A stretch of DNA of 64,000 nt, taken from Treponemataceae bacterium. Its GTDB lineage: Bacteria; Spirochaetota; Spirochaetia; Treponematales; Rectinemataceae. The DNA is taken from positions 416,001 to 480,000 of the forward strand of contig CAXXVZ010000002.1 of the NCBI GenBank assembly GCA_963678065.2, read 5' to 3'. Under the pieces are notes generated by a model. It made no database searches, was not told the origin of the DNA, and saw only the letters and a list, made by a program, of their open reading frames with translations. The translations under genes were made by a program, and so were the position numbers. Shown in pieces: positions 18,891 through 28,267 of this stretch. The stretch's first letter is position 1; each line of letters starts with the position of its first letter.

Positions 18891-19801
18891 GAATGCTCTC
18901 CTTTTATGAGGTTCCTGATGACAGGTATCATGATCAGGAGCATGACCGGCATCGTCAAAAGCGAGGATGCGGACGCCCTTCCGAGGAATCCCATTCCGCG
19001 AAGCCCGAATGCGTAGTTCCAGGTGACGATCGAGATTATGGAGGTCGAGGTTCCCGGACCTCCTCCGGTCAGGAGCCAGGGGGTCTCGAAGTCGTTGATC
19101 GTCCATATCAGGGACACGAGGGTCGTGACCAGGACGATGCCTTTGATGGATGGAAGCGTAATGTAGAGGAATTCGTGCCATTTATTGGCACCGTCAATCC
19201 TTGCGGCTTCGTACAGCTCGTCGGGCACGGTCTGGAGTCCGGCCAGGACATTTATCGTGAAGAAGGGCGTGCCCCTCCAGATATTCACCAGAATCATCGA
19301 GAACATGGCCATCACGGGAGTCGAGAGCCATCCGATCGGCTTCGATATCAGTCCCAGGTTCAGGAGCGCGTAATTGAATATGCCGCCATTGCCGGTGTAC
19401 AGGGAACTCCATATGTAGATTGCGACGACGCCCGGGATCGTCCATGGAAGCAGAAATGCCGGACGCAGGATTCGCTTGTTGAAGATGAAGCCTCGCTTGA
19501 AAAGGTTCCCGTGGAGGAGCAAGGCAATGGCGAGTCCCAAGACCAGCTTGCCGGCAACGGCTCCAATGGAGTAGACAGCCGTGTTGGCGGCGCTTTGCCG
19601 GAAAGCCTCGTCATCGAGCAGATATGCGTAGTTGGACAATCCCGTGAATTTCGCCTCGGAGCCGATTTTCTTGTCGGTGAAGCTGTTGTAAACAGTCCAG
19701 GCTATCGGGAATACCATGCCGACGATGAGGATGATCATTGCCGGGGCAGCGATCGCGTACGGGAATATATCGATTCTTTTTTTTCCCCTTGTCGGAGCCA
19801 T
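18887..19801 (-). CDS. Carbohydrate ABC permease
   Basis: 'YEAARIDGA', 'TGGGPG'. Confidence 0.9.
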   Translation of the reverse strand: MAPTRGKKRIDIFPYAIAAPAMIILIVGMVFPIAWTVYNSFTDKKIGSEAKFTGLSNYAYLLDDEAFRQSAANTAVYSIGAVAGKLVLGLAIALLLHGNLFKRGFIFNKRILRPAFLLPWTIPGVVAIYIWSSLYTGNGGIFNYALLNLGLISKPIGWLSTPVMAMFSMILVNIWRGTPFFTINVLAGLQTVPDELYEAARIDGANKWHEFLYITLPSIKGIVLVTTLVSLIWTINDFETPWLLTGGGPGTSTSIISIVTWNYAFGLRGMGFLGRASASSLLTMPVMLLIMIPVIRNLIKGEHS

Positions 19802-19894
19802 GGTACTCTGCCCTCCAATTGCGCCCGGCAGGATCGAGGGGCAAGCTGGTTGCCTGCTCCGCGATCCTACTGGATCAGATCGGTCAAACCGCGA

Positions 19895-21205
19895 TCAGTT
19901 TTTCGCTTTTTTCAAATCGTTGACGATCTTTCGGCATTCGTCGGCGAAGCGCTTCGCGGCGGCCTCGACCGTCATCTTGTCCGTCACCATCCAGGAATGC
20001 AGCTTGTTGGGGAACATCTGGTTCAGCACCACGCCCTGTATCGGCGTCATGGCCTTGCTGGGATACTCCTCCGAGTAACCGGTCTCGGCCGACTCGATGA
20101 CGGCCTTGTTCACAGGATCGTTCGTGAAGAACGGATCGGTCAGGCTGCGGGCATATACCGGCATGGAGAGGGGGGCGAAGGCTTTGACCCAGGGATCGTA
20201 CCAACTCTTGTCCAGGACGTACTTCGTCAGTTTCTTCGCGGTGTCCTGGTTGGTCGGATTCTTAAAGACCATGAAGCCGCTGCCCACCAGTATGGAGAAC
20301 CTGCCCTTGGGTCCGGCCGGCCAGGGCGCGACGCCCGTGTTGGCCCAGATATCCGGGGCGTCCTTCTTGAGCGACGCGGCGATCGAGGGAAGATTGAGGA
20401 TGAAGCATGCCGATCCCGAAAGGTAGGCCTTGTTGTTGTACATGTCGTCGCCAGTGACGCCATCGGGATTGTTCGATTCCGCGATGATGTCGGCGATCAC
20501 CTTGTAGGCCTGGATGGATTGCGGGGAATCAGCTATTACCTCGTCATCCTTGATAATGCCGCCGCCGTAGCTCCAGAGGACGGAGTTCATCATGTTCTTG
20601 TGGTCCGTCGCAGTGGGGCCAAAGCCGAACGCGACGCCCCAGATGCCGTCCTTGGGGGAGGTGGTCGCCTTGGCCTGAACGCGCAGTTCTTCCCAGGTCT
20701 TGGGCGGAGCGGTGAAACCAGCCTTGGCGAGCAGGTCCTTCCTGTACCACATCGGGTAGCACTGTAAGGTGTGCGGGACAGCATAGAACTTGCCGTTGAA
20801 AGCTCCCCAGTTCTTGGCCGAGCCGAACATCTTGCCGTTGTCCTTTTCGACTTCGGCGAGGACGTCGCTTACATCCACGATAAGTCCCTTGTCCGCGTAC
20901 TCGACACATTTGGATTGATACGTGTAGCAGACATCCGGCGGCTGCTTCGCCTCTACGGCGGCCGCGAGCTTCTGCATGAGAACGGCATTATCCATGATTT
21001 CGCAGGTCACGTTGATGCCATTCTTCGCGCCGTATTCCTCGAATCTCGCCTTCAGCGCGTCATTCGCCTCGGGAACGAATGTTTTCTGAACCCAGACGAT
21101 CAGGGATTTGGGTTTCGCCTGCGCTCCTACCATTGAAGTAGCAGCCAGTGCCAGCGCTACCACCACGATCAGAAGCTTCGTTCTATTGTTCTTCAGCATT
21201 GTCAT
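19895..21205 (-). CDS. Carbohydrate ABC substrate-binding protein
   Basis: Signal peptide; 'PPDV', 'WYRKDLL', 'PKTWEEL'; GAGGAGG RBS. Confidence 0.9.
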   Translation of the reverse strand: MTMLKNNRTKLLIVVVALALAATSMVGAQAKPKSLIVWVQKTFVPEANDALKARFEEYGAKNGINVTCEIMDNAVLMQKLAAAVEAKQPPDVCYTYQSKCVEYADKGLIVDVSDVLAEVEKDNGKMFGSAKNWGAFNGKFYAVPHTLQCYPMWYRKDLLAKAGFTAPPKTWEELRVQAKATTSPKDGIWGVAFGFGPTATDHKNMMNSVLWSYGGGIIKDDEVIADSPQSIQAYKVIADIIAESNNPDGVTGDDMYNNKAYLSGSACFILNLPSIAASLKKDAPDIWANTGVAPWPAGPKGRFSILVGSGFMVFKNPTNQDTAKKLTKYVLDKSWYDPWVKAFAPLSMPVYARSLTDPFFTNDPVNKAVIESAETGYSEEYPSKAMTPIQGVVLNQMFPNKLHSWMVTDKMTVEAAAKRFADECRKIVNDLKKAKN

Positions 21206-21432
21206 TCAGATACCTCCTCGAAAAGGGCTTAGTGTCCGCTACCCGGATTACAAGGTTCCTCTGAACGCTTGAAATCCTCCGCTATCCCCTTGTTTCTTCC
21301 ATCGTTCTCCCGGTCCCAATCCCGAGACAGACGTTGATTCGTTCTGGGCAGGCAACCACAGGGGCTTGGTCGGCCAGAATCTGTGCTACGCGCTCCGTTG
21401 ATTGTTCCTCCTTGCTCCTTTTCCACGCCTGC

Positions 21433-21494
21433 ATGCTAAACGAGCCACATTCCTGGGTCAAAATGCCGGATGAATACACTCGATAGAATTGTCA
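21433..21494 (-). promoter_or_regulatory. 18-bp directional site 3 plus promoter
   Basis: Minus strand TGACAATTCTATCGAGTG (21494-21477), then TTGACC (21461)-17-TAGCAT. Confidence 0.75.
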
Positions 21495-21547
21495 TGACGG
21501 ACCGCCGCCAGGAAAGCGCGACAGCCTCCTTGCCTGAGTTTTTTCGC

Positions 21548-22591
21548 TTAACGCTGGATGCGGCCCGAGCCACCGCTGCGAATCAGCTCCATGATTTCGT
21601 CGAAGCTCACGAGATTGAAGTCGCCGTGGATCGTGTGCTTCAGACAGGAGGCGGCAGCGGCGAATTCCACGGTTTCCTGCAAGTCCTGTCCTGTCAACAA
21701 GCCATAAATGATCCCGGAGGAAAAAGCATCGCCGCCACCGATCCGGTCGACGACGGGATCGATATGGTACTTGCGGCTCATGTAGAAATCCTTCCCGTCG
21801 AAGAGGAAGCCGGACCAGTCATTCACCGAAGCGGAGACACTTTCCCGCAATGTTATCGACACATGTGTGAAGCCGAAGCGTTCGACCAGCTGGCGGGCGA
21901 CGTCCTGGTAGCCCTGTTCATCCAGCTTGCCGGCATGGACATCGGTGCCGCGGGCCTTGATGCCGAACAGGAGCTCGACCTCCTCCTCGTTGGTGAACAG
22001 GACGTCAACGTACTGCATGAGGTCGCCCATCTCCTTGCGCGCCTTTTCGACCGACCAGAGCTTGCGCCGGAAGTTGAGGTCGGCGCTGACTGTGACGCCA
22101 TGCCTCTTCGCCGCGGCACAAGCCTCCTTGGTGATGGCTGCGACGCTGTCCGACAGGGCCGGCGTGATACCGGTAAAATGGAACCAGTGCTTTCCCGCGA
22201 AGATCGCGTCCCAGTCGAAATCTCCTGCGGAAAGCTCGTTGATGGAACTGCCCTTGCGGTTGTACAGGAAGGTGGAGGGACGCTGGGAGGCGCCCGTCTC
22301 GACGTAGTAGATGCCGAGGCGGAAACCGTTCTTCTTCACGTGGTCGAGATTGAGGCCGAACTGCCGGAGGTAGTTCAGGCAAGCTTCCCCGATGGCATTG
22401 TCGGGAACGCTCGATACCATGTAGCTCGTAACGCCGTACTGAACCAGCGACACGCCGAGGTTCGCCTCCGCGCCTGAGTAGCTCACGTCGAATTCGCGGG
22501 CCTGGACGAGGCGCTCATGGTGCTTTGTCGATAACCTCATCATGAGTTCACCAAAGAAGACGGCCTTCTTGTCAGTCGCCACCTTGGTCAT
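21548..22591 (-). CDS. kdgK: 2-keto-3-deoxygluconate kinase, second paralog
   Basis: 'FGELMMRL', 'DRIGGGDAF'; start MTKVATDKK overlaps the eda stop. Confidence 0.85.
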   Translation of the reverse strand: MTKVATDKKAVFFGELMMRLSTKHHERLVQAREFDVSYSGAEANLGVSLVQYGVTSYMVSSVPDNAIGEACLNYLRQFGLNLDHVKKNGFRLGIYYVETGASQRPSTFLYNRKGSSINELSAGDFDWDAIFAGKHWFHFTGITPALSDSVAAITKEACAAAKRHGVTVSADLNFRRKLWSVEKARKEMGDLMQYVDVLFTNEEEVELLFGIKARGTDVHAGKLDEQGYQDVARQLVERFGFTHVSITLRESVSASVNDWSGFLFDGKDFYMSRKYHIDPVVDRIGGGDAFSSGIIYGLLTGQDLQETVEFAAAASCLKHTIHGDFNLVSFDEIMELIRSGGSGRIQR

Positions 22592-23253
22592 CTCACGCTC
22601 CCGGCGCGGGCATCGCGCACGATCTGAATCATCCTGCGGGCGTTGGCGGTGATGGCGGGATAGTCCCTGGCCGCCATCATGGCCTTCGGAACCAGGGCGC
22701 CGCCGACGCCGACGGCGATCGCGCCCGCCTTGATGAATGCCCCGGCGGTTTCGAAGTCGACGCCCTTGGTTGGCAGGAGCTCGATCTGGGGCAGGGGCTC
22801 CTTGACGGCCTTGAGGAAATCCGGGCCGCCGACGTTCTGGGCCGGAAATACCTTGACCACGTCGGCGCCGCCCTTCCAGGCGCGCAGTATCTCCGTCGGC
22901 GTCATCGCGCCGGGCATGACGGGAATGCCATAGGAGTGACACAGGTCGACCGTCCCCTGGTCGAAGGTAGGTCCCACGATGAAATGCGAGCCGGCGAGGA
23001 TGGCCAGGCGGGCGGTCTCGGCGTCGAGAACAGTGCCGGCCCCCACATAGATGTCGAGGTCGCGCAGACCGCGCACAACATCCTTGATTATCTCGAGGGC
23101 CCACGGGATGGTCATGGTGATTTCTATGAATTTGATGCCGCCCTCGTGAAGGGCCTTAGCCACTGCTCCCAAGTCTACCGGATTCTCCGTCCGTATCACC
23201 GCCACCACGCCGGTTTCCCTGAGCGAACATATCAATCCATCCTTGTGCGTCAT
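22588..23253 (-). CDS. eda: KDPG/KHG aldolase
   Basis: 'VVAVIR', 'GAGTVLD', 'PTE', 'VKVFPA'. Confidence 0.88.
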   Translation of the reverse strand: MTHKDGLICSLRETGVVAVIRTENPVDLGAVAKALHEGGIKFIEITMTIPWALEIIKDVVRGLRDLDIYVGAGTVLDAETARLAILAGSHFIVGPTFDQGTVDLCHSYGIPVMPGAMTPTEILRAWKGGADVVKVFPAQNVGGPDFLKAVKEPLPQIELLPTKGVDFETAGAFIKAGAIAVGVGGALVPKAMMAARDYPAITANARRMIQIVRDARAGSVR

Positions 23254-23264
23254 TCTCCCCCCCT

Positions 23265-24161
23265 CTATTTTGACCGGGCCATGAAACCCCTGACCTGTTC
23301 TTTCTGTTCCTGGCTGAGCGGTTCGAGAGGGGAGACTGGCTTCCCGGAACCGAAACCGATAGCGGCCAATGCCTGCTTGATCCCGGAGATCCAGTTCGGG
23401 CCGGCGCGGACGATGTTTTCGCGGAGGACCTCGATGCGCGCCTGAGCCGCGGCGAGCTCGTCCCAATCGCCCCGACCCGCCGCCCGCCAGGCGCGGATAA
23501 AGGTCTGCGGCTCCACATTGGCGCAGACCGGTACGACGCCCCGCGCGCCCGCCCTCAATCCTTCAGCGATGCCGGGCTCGTCACCCATGAAGACCTTGAG
23601 GCCATGGGGTCCGCCTTCGCCAAGGAGACGACGGAAATACCCCATGTCGCCCGAGCTTTCCTTGCAATACTCGATCGTGCCGAGCCGGGCGAGTTCCGTC
23701 ACAACCTCGACGGGCACCTGGGAGCCGGTGCAGCTCGGTATGTTGTAGGCGATCATCTTCATTCCCCGGGCACCGGCCGCGCACTCCCGGAACAGGCGCA
23801 GATACTCGCCTGGCGTACGCAGAGTGATGTAATACGAGGGGGCGACGACGAAGTACTCGAAACCCGAGGCCGCGAGTATTTCGACGCGTTCCAGTATCCG
23901 TCTGGTGGAACTGTCCATGGCGCCGCCCAGAAGAGGCAGCTTGTCTCCCGCCTCGTCATGGGCGATCTCGATCATGCGCCGCCATTCGACTGCGGTGAGC
24001 AAGGGGCCCTCTCCGGCCGAGCCGCCCACGAACAGGCCATCGACGCCCGCGTCGACCAGGCGTCGCATCATCAGCCTGAAGGCCGCCTCATCCACGCGAT
24101 CCTCCGCGTCGACCGGCGTGATCACCGGAACGATGACACCAGACAATTCGTTTCGCTTCAT
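23265..24161 (-). CDS. DHDPS/NAL family aldolase or dehydratase
   Basis: 'GGSAGEG', 'YNIPSCTG', 'KESSGD'. Confidence 0.88.
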   Translation of the reverse strand: MKRNELSGVIVPVITPVDAEDRVDEAAFRLMMRRLVDAGVDGLFVGGSAGEGPLLTAVEWRRMIEIAHDEAGDKLPLLGGAMDSSTRRILERVEILAASGFEYFVVAPSYYITLRTPGEYLRLFRECAAGARGMKMIAYNIPSCTGSQVPVEVVTELARLGTIEYCKESSGDMGYFRRLLGEGGPHGLKVFMGDEPGIAEGLRAGARGVVPVCANVEPQTFIRAWRAAGRGDWDELAAAQARIEVLRENIVRAGPNWISGIKQALAAIGFGSGKPVSPLEPLSQEQKEQVRGFMARSK

Positions 24162-24181
24162 ATCAGTCCTTCCTTCGTCCG

Positions 24182-25327
24182 TCAGACTGCGGTGTTCAGG
24201 GGATACTTGCCGGCTGCGAGCGCCTCCTCGAACAGCGCAATCACGTTTTCCGGTGGAACGTCGGGCTGGATGCAATGCACGGCGGAGCAGATGTAGCCGC
24301 CTCCTGGCCCCAGGTCCGCAATCCGGCGGCGAACCTCCGCGCGCACCTCCGCCGGCGTGCCTCTGGGCAGGACGGCCTGCGTGTCGATCCCTCCGCAGAA
24401 GGAAAGTCGCCTGCCAAACTCCCGTTTCAGGCGGGCCGTGTCTCCCATGTCGCCCGCCGAGACCTGCACCGGGTTCAGGAGCTCCACGCCGAGTTCGATC
24501 AGGTCGCCGATCAGGGGATAGATGTTCCCGTCGGTGTGGTAGAAGATTTTTGCTTTCGTCTTTCGCCTGATCGCGGACATGATCTCCGCGTGGAAGGGCT
24601 TGATGAGCCCGCGATACATGCCCGGCGAGATCAAGAGGGTATCCTGGCCCGCCAGATCGTCGCCCATGACAAGGACGTCGATGCAGTCGCCGGCCTCTTT
24701 GAGCAATCCTTCCACGGCCGCGAGCTGGAGGTCGGTCACCTTGCGCATCAGCGCTCTGGCGAAGTCCGGGTCCCCCGCCAGGTCCATCATCCAGTTCTCG
24801 ATGCCGCGCAGCATGCCGCAGTACTCGAAGGGCGACACGCCAGAAAGCGCCACGACGGCGTAGCCGGAATCCTGGATCTCCCGCGCCCTGGCCGCCATGC
24901 CGGCGAAGCGGACAGGATTGGCGAGGTCAGGCCAGGGGTGCCGCGCGATGTCGTCGATCGCGGCCTGCCCGAGAGGTGGCTTGGAGATCTCGTAATAGTG
25001 GCCGCCGGGCGCGCGAGACCAGGGGATGCCCCAGCCGTCCACGAAGGCGTCGCCGGGCAGTTCCCGCTCGTTGACCGTCGGCGCCGGGCCTGCCGTCAAC
25101 ATGCGCCCGTCGGATCCGAAACGCCGCATGACTTCCTCGTCGAGCAGGGAGTACTGGAGGGCGCGCCAGAAAACCTTGGTCTGGCTACTGATATGGAGGT
25201 GAGCCTTGAGACGATCGTAGGCCGCCGCCAGCATGGTTGTGGCGCCGGATGCGCCGATGAAAATCGGCACACGGTCCGGCTCCTCGTGATTCAAGGCGCA
25301 GAGCACCCGTTCGCGCGAGGTCATCAT
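24182..25327 (-). CDS. UroD/MtaA-CmuA family protein
   Basis: 'HEEPDRVP', 'GDDLAGQ', 'HTDG', 'HCIQPDVPPEN'. Confidence 0.88.
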   Translation of the reverse strand: MMTSRERVLCALNHEEPDRVPIFIGASGATTMLAAAYDRLKAHLHISSQTKVFWRALQYSLLDEEVMRRFGSDGRMLTAGPAPTVNERELPGDAFVDGWGIPWSRAPGGHYYEISKPPLGQAAIDDIARHPWPDLANPVRFAGMAARAREIQDSGYAVVALSGVSPFEYCGMLRGIENWMMDLAGDPDFARALMRKVTDLQLAAVEGLLKEAGDCIDVLVMGDDLAGQDTLLISPGMYRGLIKPFHAEIMSAIRRKTKAKIFYHTDGNIYPLIGDLIELGVELLNPVQVSAGDMGDTARLKREFGRRLSFCGGIDTQAVLPRGTPAEVRAEVRRRIADLGPGGGYICSAVHCIQPDVPPENVIALFEEALAAGKYPLNTAV

Positions 25328-26385
25328 ACCCTTCCCTCCCCTTTCGCGTCGTCTTCATCGAAGTCCAGCCCGAAATCCCGCGCCAGGCCGCGCAGGCTGG
25401 CGAGCACGTCCTCGGGCAGGCGCAACCCGTCCCTCAGCGCCGCCCTCCGGCGTTCCCACTCCATCTCCCCGGGCAGGTAGATCCGCTTTGCGCCGACCGC
25501 CTTGGGTGCTTGCCTGATCTCGCCGACGAGCTTGGCCACGCGCGACTTGAAAACGTCGACGGGCATGAAGGACGCGATGTCGATGGCGGTGAACGAGAGC
25601 GACTGGTTGACCCGCTCCGGGCCCATCACCCAGCTCGTGACTTCGCTGCCGACCGCGCCTCCGGAGATCAGCCCGGTGAGTATCTCGATCAGCAGGGCCA
25701 GGCCGAATCCCTTGTGGCCGGCCATCGGCATGAGCGCGCCGACCCGCGGATACCCGGACGGGTCGGTCGTGGTCAGCCCGTCCCCGTCGAGCAGCCAGCC
25801 CTCCGGTATCTTCTCGCCCACCGCCTGCGCCCTGTAGATCTTGCCGGCGGCCACGACACTCGTCGCGATGTCGAGGAACACCGCTTCTCCCGAGCCGTCG
25901 GGCACCGCGTATGCGATGGGATTGGTTCCGAGCACCGACCCGCGCGAGCCGGGAGCCGACACGCCGGGATCGACATTGCACATGCTGAGGCCGATGCAGT
26001 CCGCCTGGGCGGCCATGTTGGCATAGTAACCGGCGGCTCCGAAATGGCCGGAGTTCCTCACCGTGACAAAGGCCAGTCCCGCCACGCGAGCCTTGTCGAT
26101 GGCGGTGCGCATGGCCGTGAGGGCGCTCGTGATGGGCATGGAATGGTTGCCGTCGAAAAGCGCCCAGGCCGGGCCTTCGGCCACGAGCGAGGCCTCGGCC
26201 CGGATGTCCATCTTCCCGTCGCGGAAGTTTTTCAAAAGCCCTCTCAGCTGCTTTGTCCCGTGCGTGTGGGTGCCCCAGCTGTCGGTCATCACCAGGACCT
26301 CCGCGACCGCCGCCGCGTCCTCCTCGCTCATGCCTGCCCGGGCCATGGCCCTTACGCAGAATTTCTCCAAGGTTTCAGTTCGCAT
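25324..26385 (-). CDS. Ldh_2 family NAD(P)-dependent oxidoreductase (malate/L-lactate/ureidoglycolate DH-like)
   Basis: 'THG', 'HFGAAGYY', 'GTNPIA', 'DIATS', 'GHKG', 'LPGE'. Confidence 0.9.
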   Translation of the reverse strand: MRTETLEKFCVRAMARAGMSEEDAAAVAEVLVMTDSWGTHTHGTKQLRGLLKNFRDGKMDIRAEASLVAEGPAWALFDGNHSMPITSALTAMRTAIDKARVAGLAFVTVRNSGHFGAAGYYANMAAQADCIGLSMCNVDPGVSAPGSRGSVLGTNPIAYAVPDGSGEAVFLDIATSVVAAGKIYRAQAVGEKIPEGWLLDGDGLTTTDPSGYPRVGALMPMAGHKGFGLALLIEILTGLISGGAVGSEVTSWVMGPERVNQSLSFTAIDIASFMPVDVFKSRVAKLVGEIRQAPKAVGAKRIYLPGEMEWERRRAALRDGLRLPEDVLASLRGLARDFGLDFDEDDAKGEGRV

Positions 26386-26407
26386 ATTCTCTCCTGCTTC
26401 TTTCAGT

Positions 26408-27253
26408 TCATCCCTTGACCGCGCCGATGGTGAGTCCCTGCACGATATAGCGCTGGGCCAAAATGAACAGCAGCAGCATGGGCAGGATCGCGATGATCGC
26501 CGCGGCCATCATCGGGCCCCACTGGTAGGTGTCCGCGGTCAGGAAGCCGGCCACGCCCAGGGGAAGGGTCATGAGCCTGTCGTTGGTGATCAGTGTCGCG
26601 GCATACAGGAATTCATTCCATGAAGTCGTAAACGAGAAAATCGCCGCCGTGGCTACGCCCGGCGCGGCCAACGGAAGGAGGATCCGGGACAGGATACCCA
26701 GGGGCGCGCATCCGTCGATCCGCCCCGCGTCGACCAATTCCTTCGGCAGGGTCTTGAAATACCCGTACAGCAGCCAGGTGCAGAAGGGGACGCTGAAGGT
26801 CTCGTGGGCGAGGACCAGGCCCAGGAACGTGTCGACCAGTCCCAGCTGGTTGAGCACGAGGAACAGCGGAATGAACAACAGGCCCTTGGGTATCACGTAG
26901 GAGAAGAAGATCGAAAGGGCCAATACCCGCCTGCCCCGATACCGGAAATGGGTCAGGCTATAGGCCGCCAGGATGCCCACGGCCAGGGCCATAATGGTGC
27001 TGGTCGCGGCGAGGAGCGTGCTGACCTCGATCCACTTGATGATCTCGTGCTGCTTGAACACTTCTATATAGTTAAAAAGCGTCAGCTTGGTCGGGAACAG
27101 GATCTGTGCGGTATTGAAGACGTCCCGGCCCTTCTTGAGGGAAGTCAGGAAAATCCAGTAGACGGGGAAAGCCGCGAACAGCGAAAGGGCAATGAGACTG
27201 CCGTATACAACAAGAGCCTGGAGGGGGCTGGGACGTCGCCTGGTGATGATCAT
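26408..27253 (-). CDS. Carbohydrate ABC permease
   Basis: 'DAGRIDG', 'WNEFLYA'. Confidence 0.9.
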   Translation of the reverse strand: MIITRRRPSPLQALVVYGSLIALSLFAAFPVYWIFLTSLKKGRDVFNTAQILFPTKLTLFNYIEVFKQHEIIKWIEVSTLLAATSTIMALAVGILAAYSLTHFRYRGRRVLALSIFFSYVIPKGLLFIPLFLVLNQLGLVDTFLGLVLAHETFSVPFCTWLLYGYFKTLPKELVDAGRIDGCAPLGILSRILLPLAAPGVATAAIFSFTTSWNEFLYAATLITNDRLMTLPLGVAGFLTADTYQWGPMMAAAIIAILPMLLLFILAQRYIVQGLTIGAVKG

Positions 27254-28173
27254 TCTTCGTCTCCCAGGATGCGCGGGACAAGCAGCATGATGAATATGAC
27301 AATCAATGGTGTCGTGATGAGTGAGACCGCCATCGCGTACCCGAAGCGGCTGCCCAGAAAACTGAGCTGATAGGCGTAGGTGACGAAGATGTGGGTGCTG
27401 AAGCTTGGTCCCCCGCCGGTCATCACCCACAGGAGTTCGAAGTCATTGAATGTCCATATTGTCGAAAGGATGACCACAATCAGAACGACCGGACGCACGC
27501 CTGGTATCGTGATAGCGCGCAAGCGCTGCAAGGCCGATGCGCCATCGATCTCGGCTGCCTCGTAGAGCTCGTTGGAGATGGACTGCATCGCGGCGAGAAT
27601 CGTGATCATGAAGAAGGGAAAGCCTCGCCAGATATTGGCGAAGATGACGGCTCCCCGCGCCAGGACCTTTTCCGCGAGCCATGCGGGAGGGATCTTCATC
27701 AGGCCGGTCTTCTGGATGATGAAGTTGAGGACGCCGCCCGTCTGGTCGAACATCCAGCGGAACATCAATCCGACGACCAGGGTCGGTATTATCCAGGGGA
27801 TCATCATCCAGCCGCGGAAGAACCTCTGTCCAACCACCTGCTCGTTGAGGAAGAGCGCCGCGATGAACCCAAGCAAGACCTTGAAAACCACGGAGGCCGC
27901 GGCGTAGAGGATCGTATTGAACAGAACTTCGGCGAAGGCGCGGTCCTTGGTCAGCAATTCGACGTAGTTCCCGAGGCCGATGTATTTTCCGGGGCTTCCC
28001 ACGATCTTCGACTGCAAACTGCCGATGACCGAGTATCCGATGGGGTACAGCAGCAGGCAGGCGAGCACGAGGACGAGGGGGGTTATGTACAGTAATCCCG
28101 CAGTGGATTGTTCGTAACGCCTTCCCTGACTGGCGCCTGATCTATTTCGCAAGGATTGGAACAGCATCGGCAT
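27250..28173 (-). CDS. Carbohydrate ABC permease
   Basis: 'YEAAEIDGA', 'TGGGP'. Confidence 0.9.
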   Translation of the reverse strand: MPMLFQSLRNRSGASQGRRYEQSTAGLLYITPLVLVLACLLLYPIGYSVIGSLQSKIVGSPGKYIGLGNYVELLTKDRAFAEVLFNTILYAAASVVFKVLLGFIAALFLNEQVVGQRFFRGWMMIPWIIPTLVVGLMFRWMFDQTGGVLNFIIQKTGLMKIPPAWLAEKVLARGAVIFANIWRGFPFFMITILAAMQSISNELYEAAEIDGASALQRLRAITIPGVRPVVLIVVILSTIWTFNDFELLWVMTGGGPSFSTHIFVTYAYQLSFLGSRFGYAMAVSLITTPLIVIFIMLLVPRILGDEE

Positions 28174-28267
28174 ATCACTCCCTAATGGTGGCACAGGAAC
28201 TTTCGAAAAGGCCGGATCAGGCCCCCGCGGAGGGTTCGTGGGAAACGCCTCCGGAGGGCCCCGGGCG

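Noticed and set aside
18893..20767. Long plus-strand ORF (624 aa) and similar long opposite-strand ORFs (e.g. 1480..2973, 52171..53775, 55199..56677)
   Set aside because: Antisense shadows of well-supported genes, as expected in high-GC DNA.
22592..23104. Apparent N-terminal extension of kdgK (518-aa ORF) and of yhcH (40885..42390)
   Set aside because: Out-of-frame overlap with upstream genes; downstream starts give normal-length proteins.
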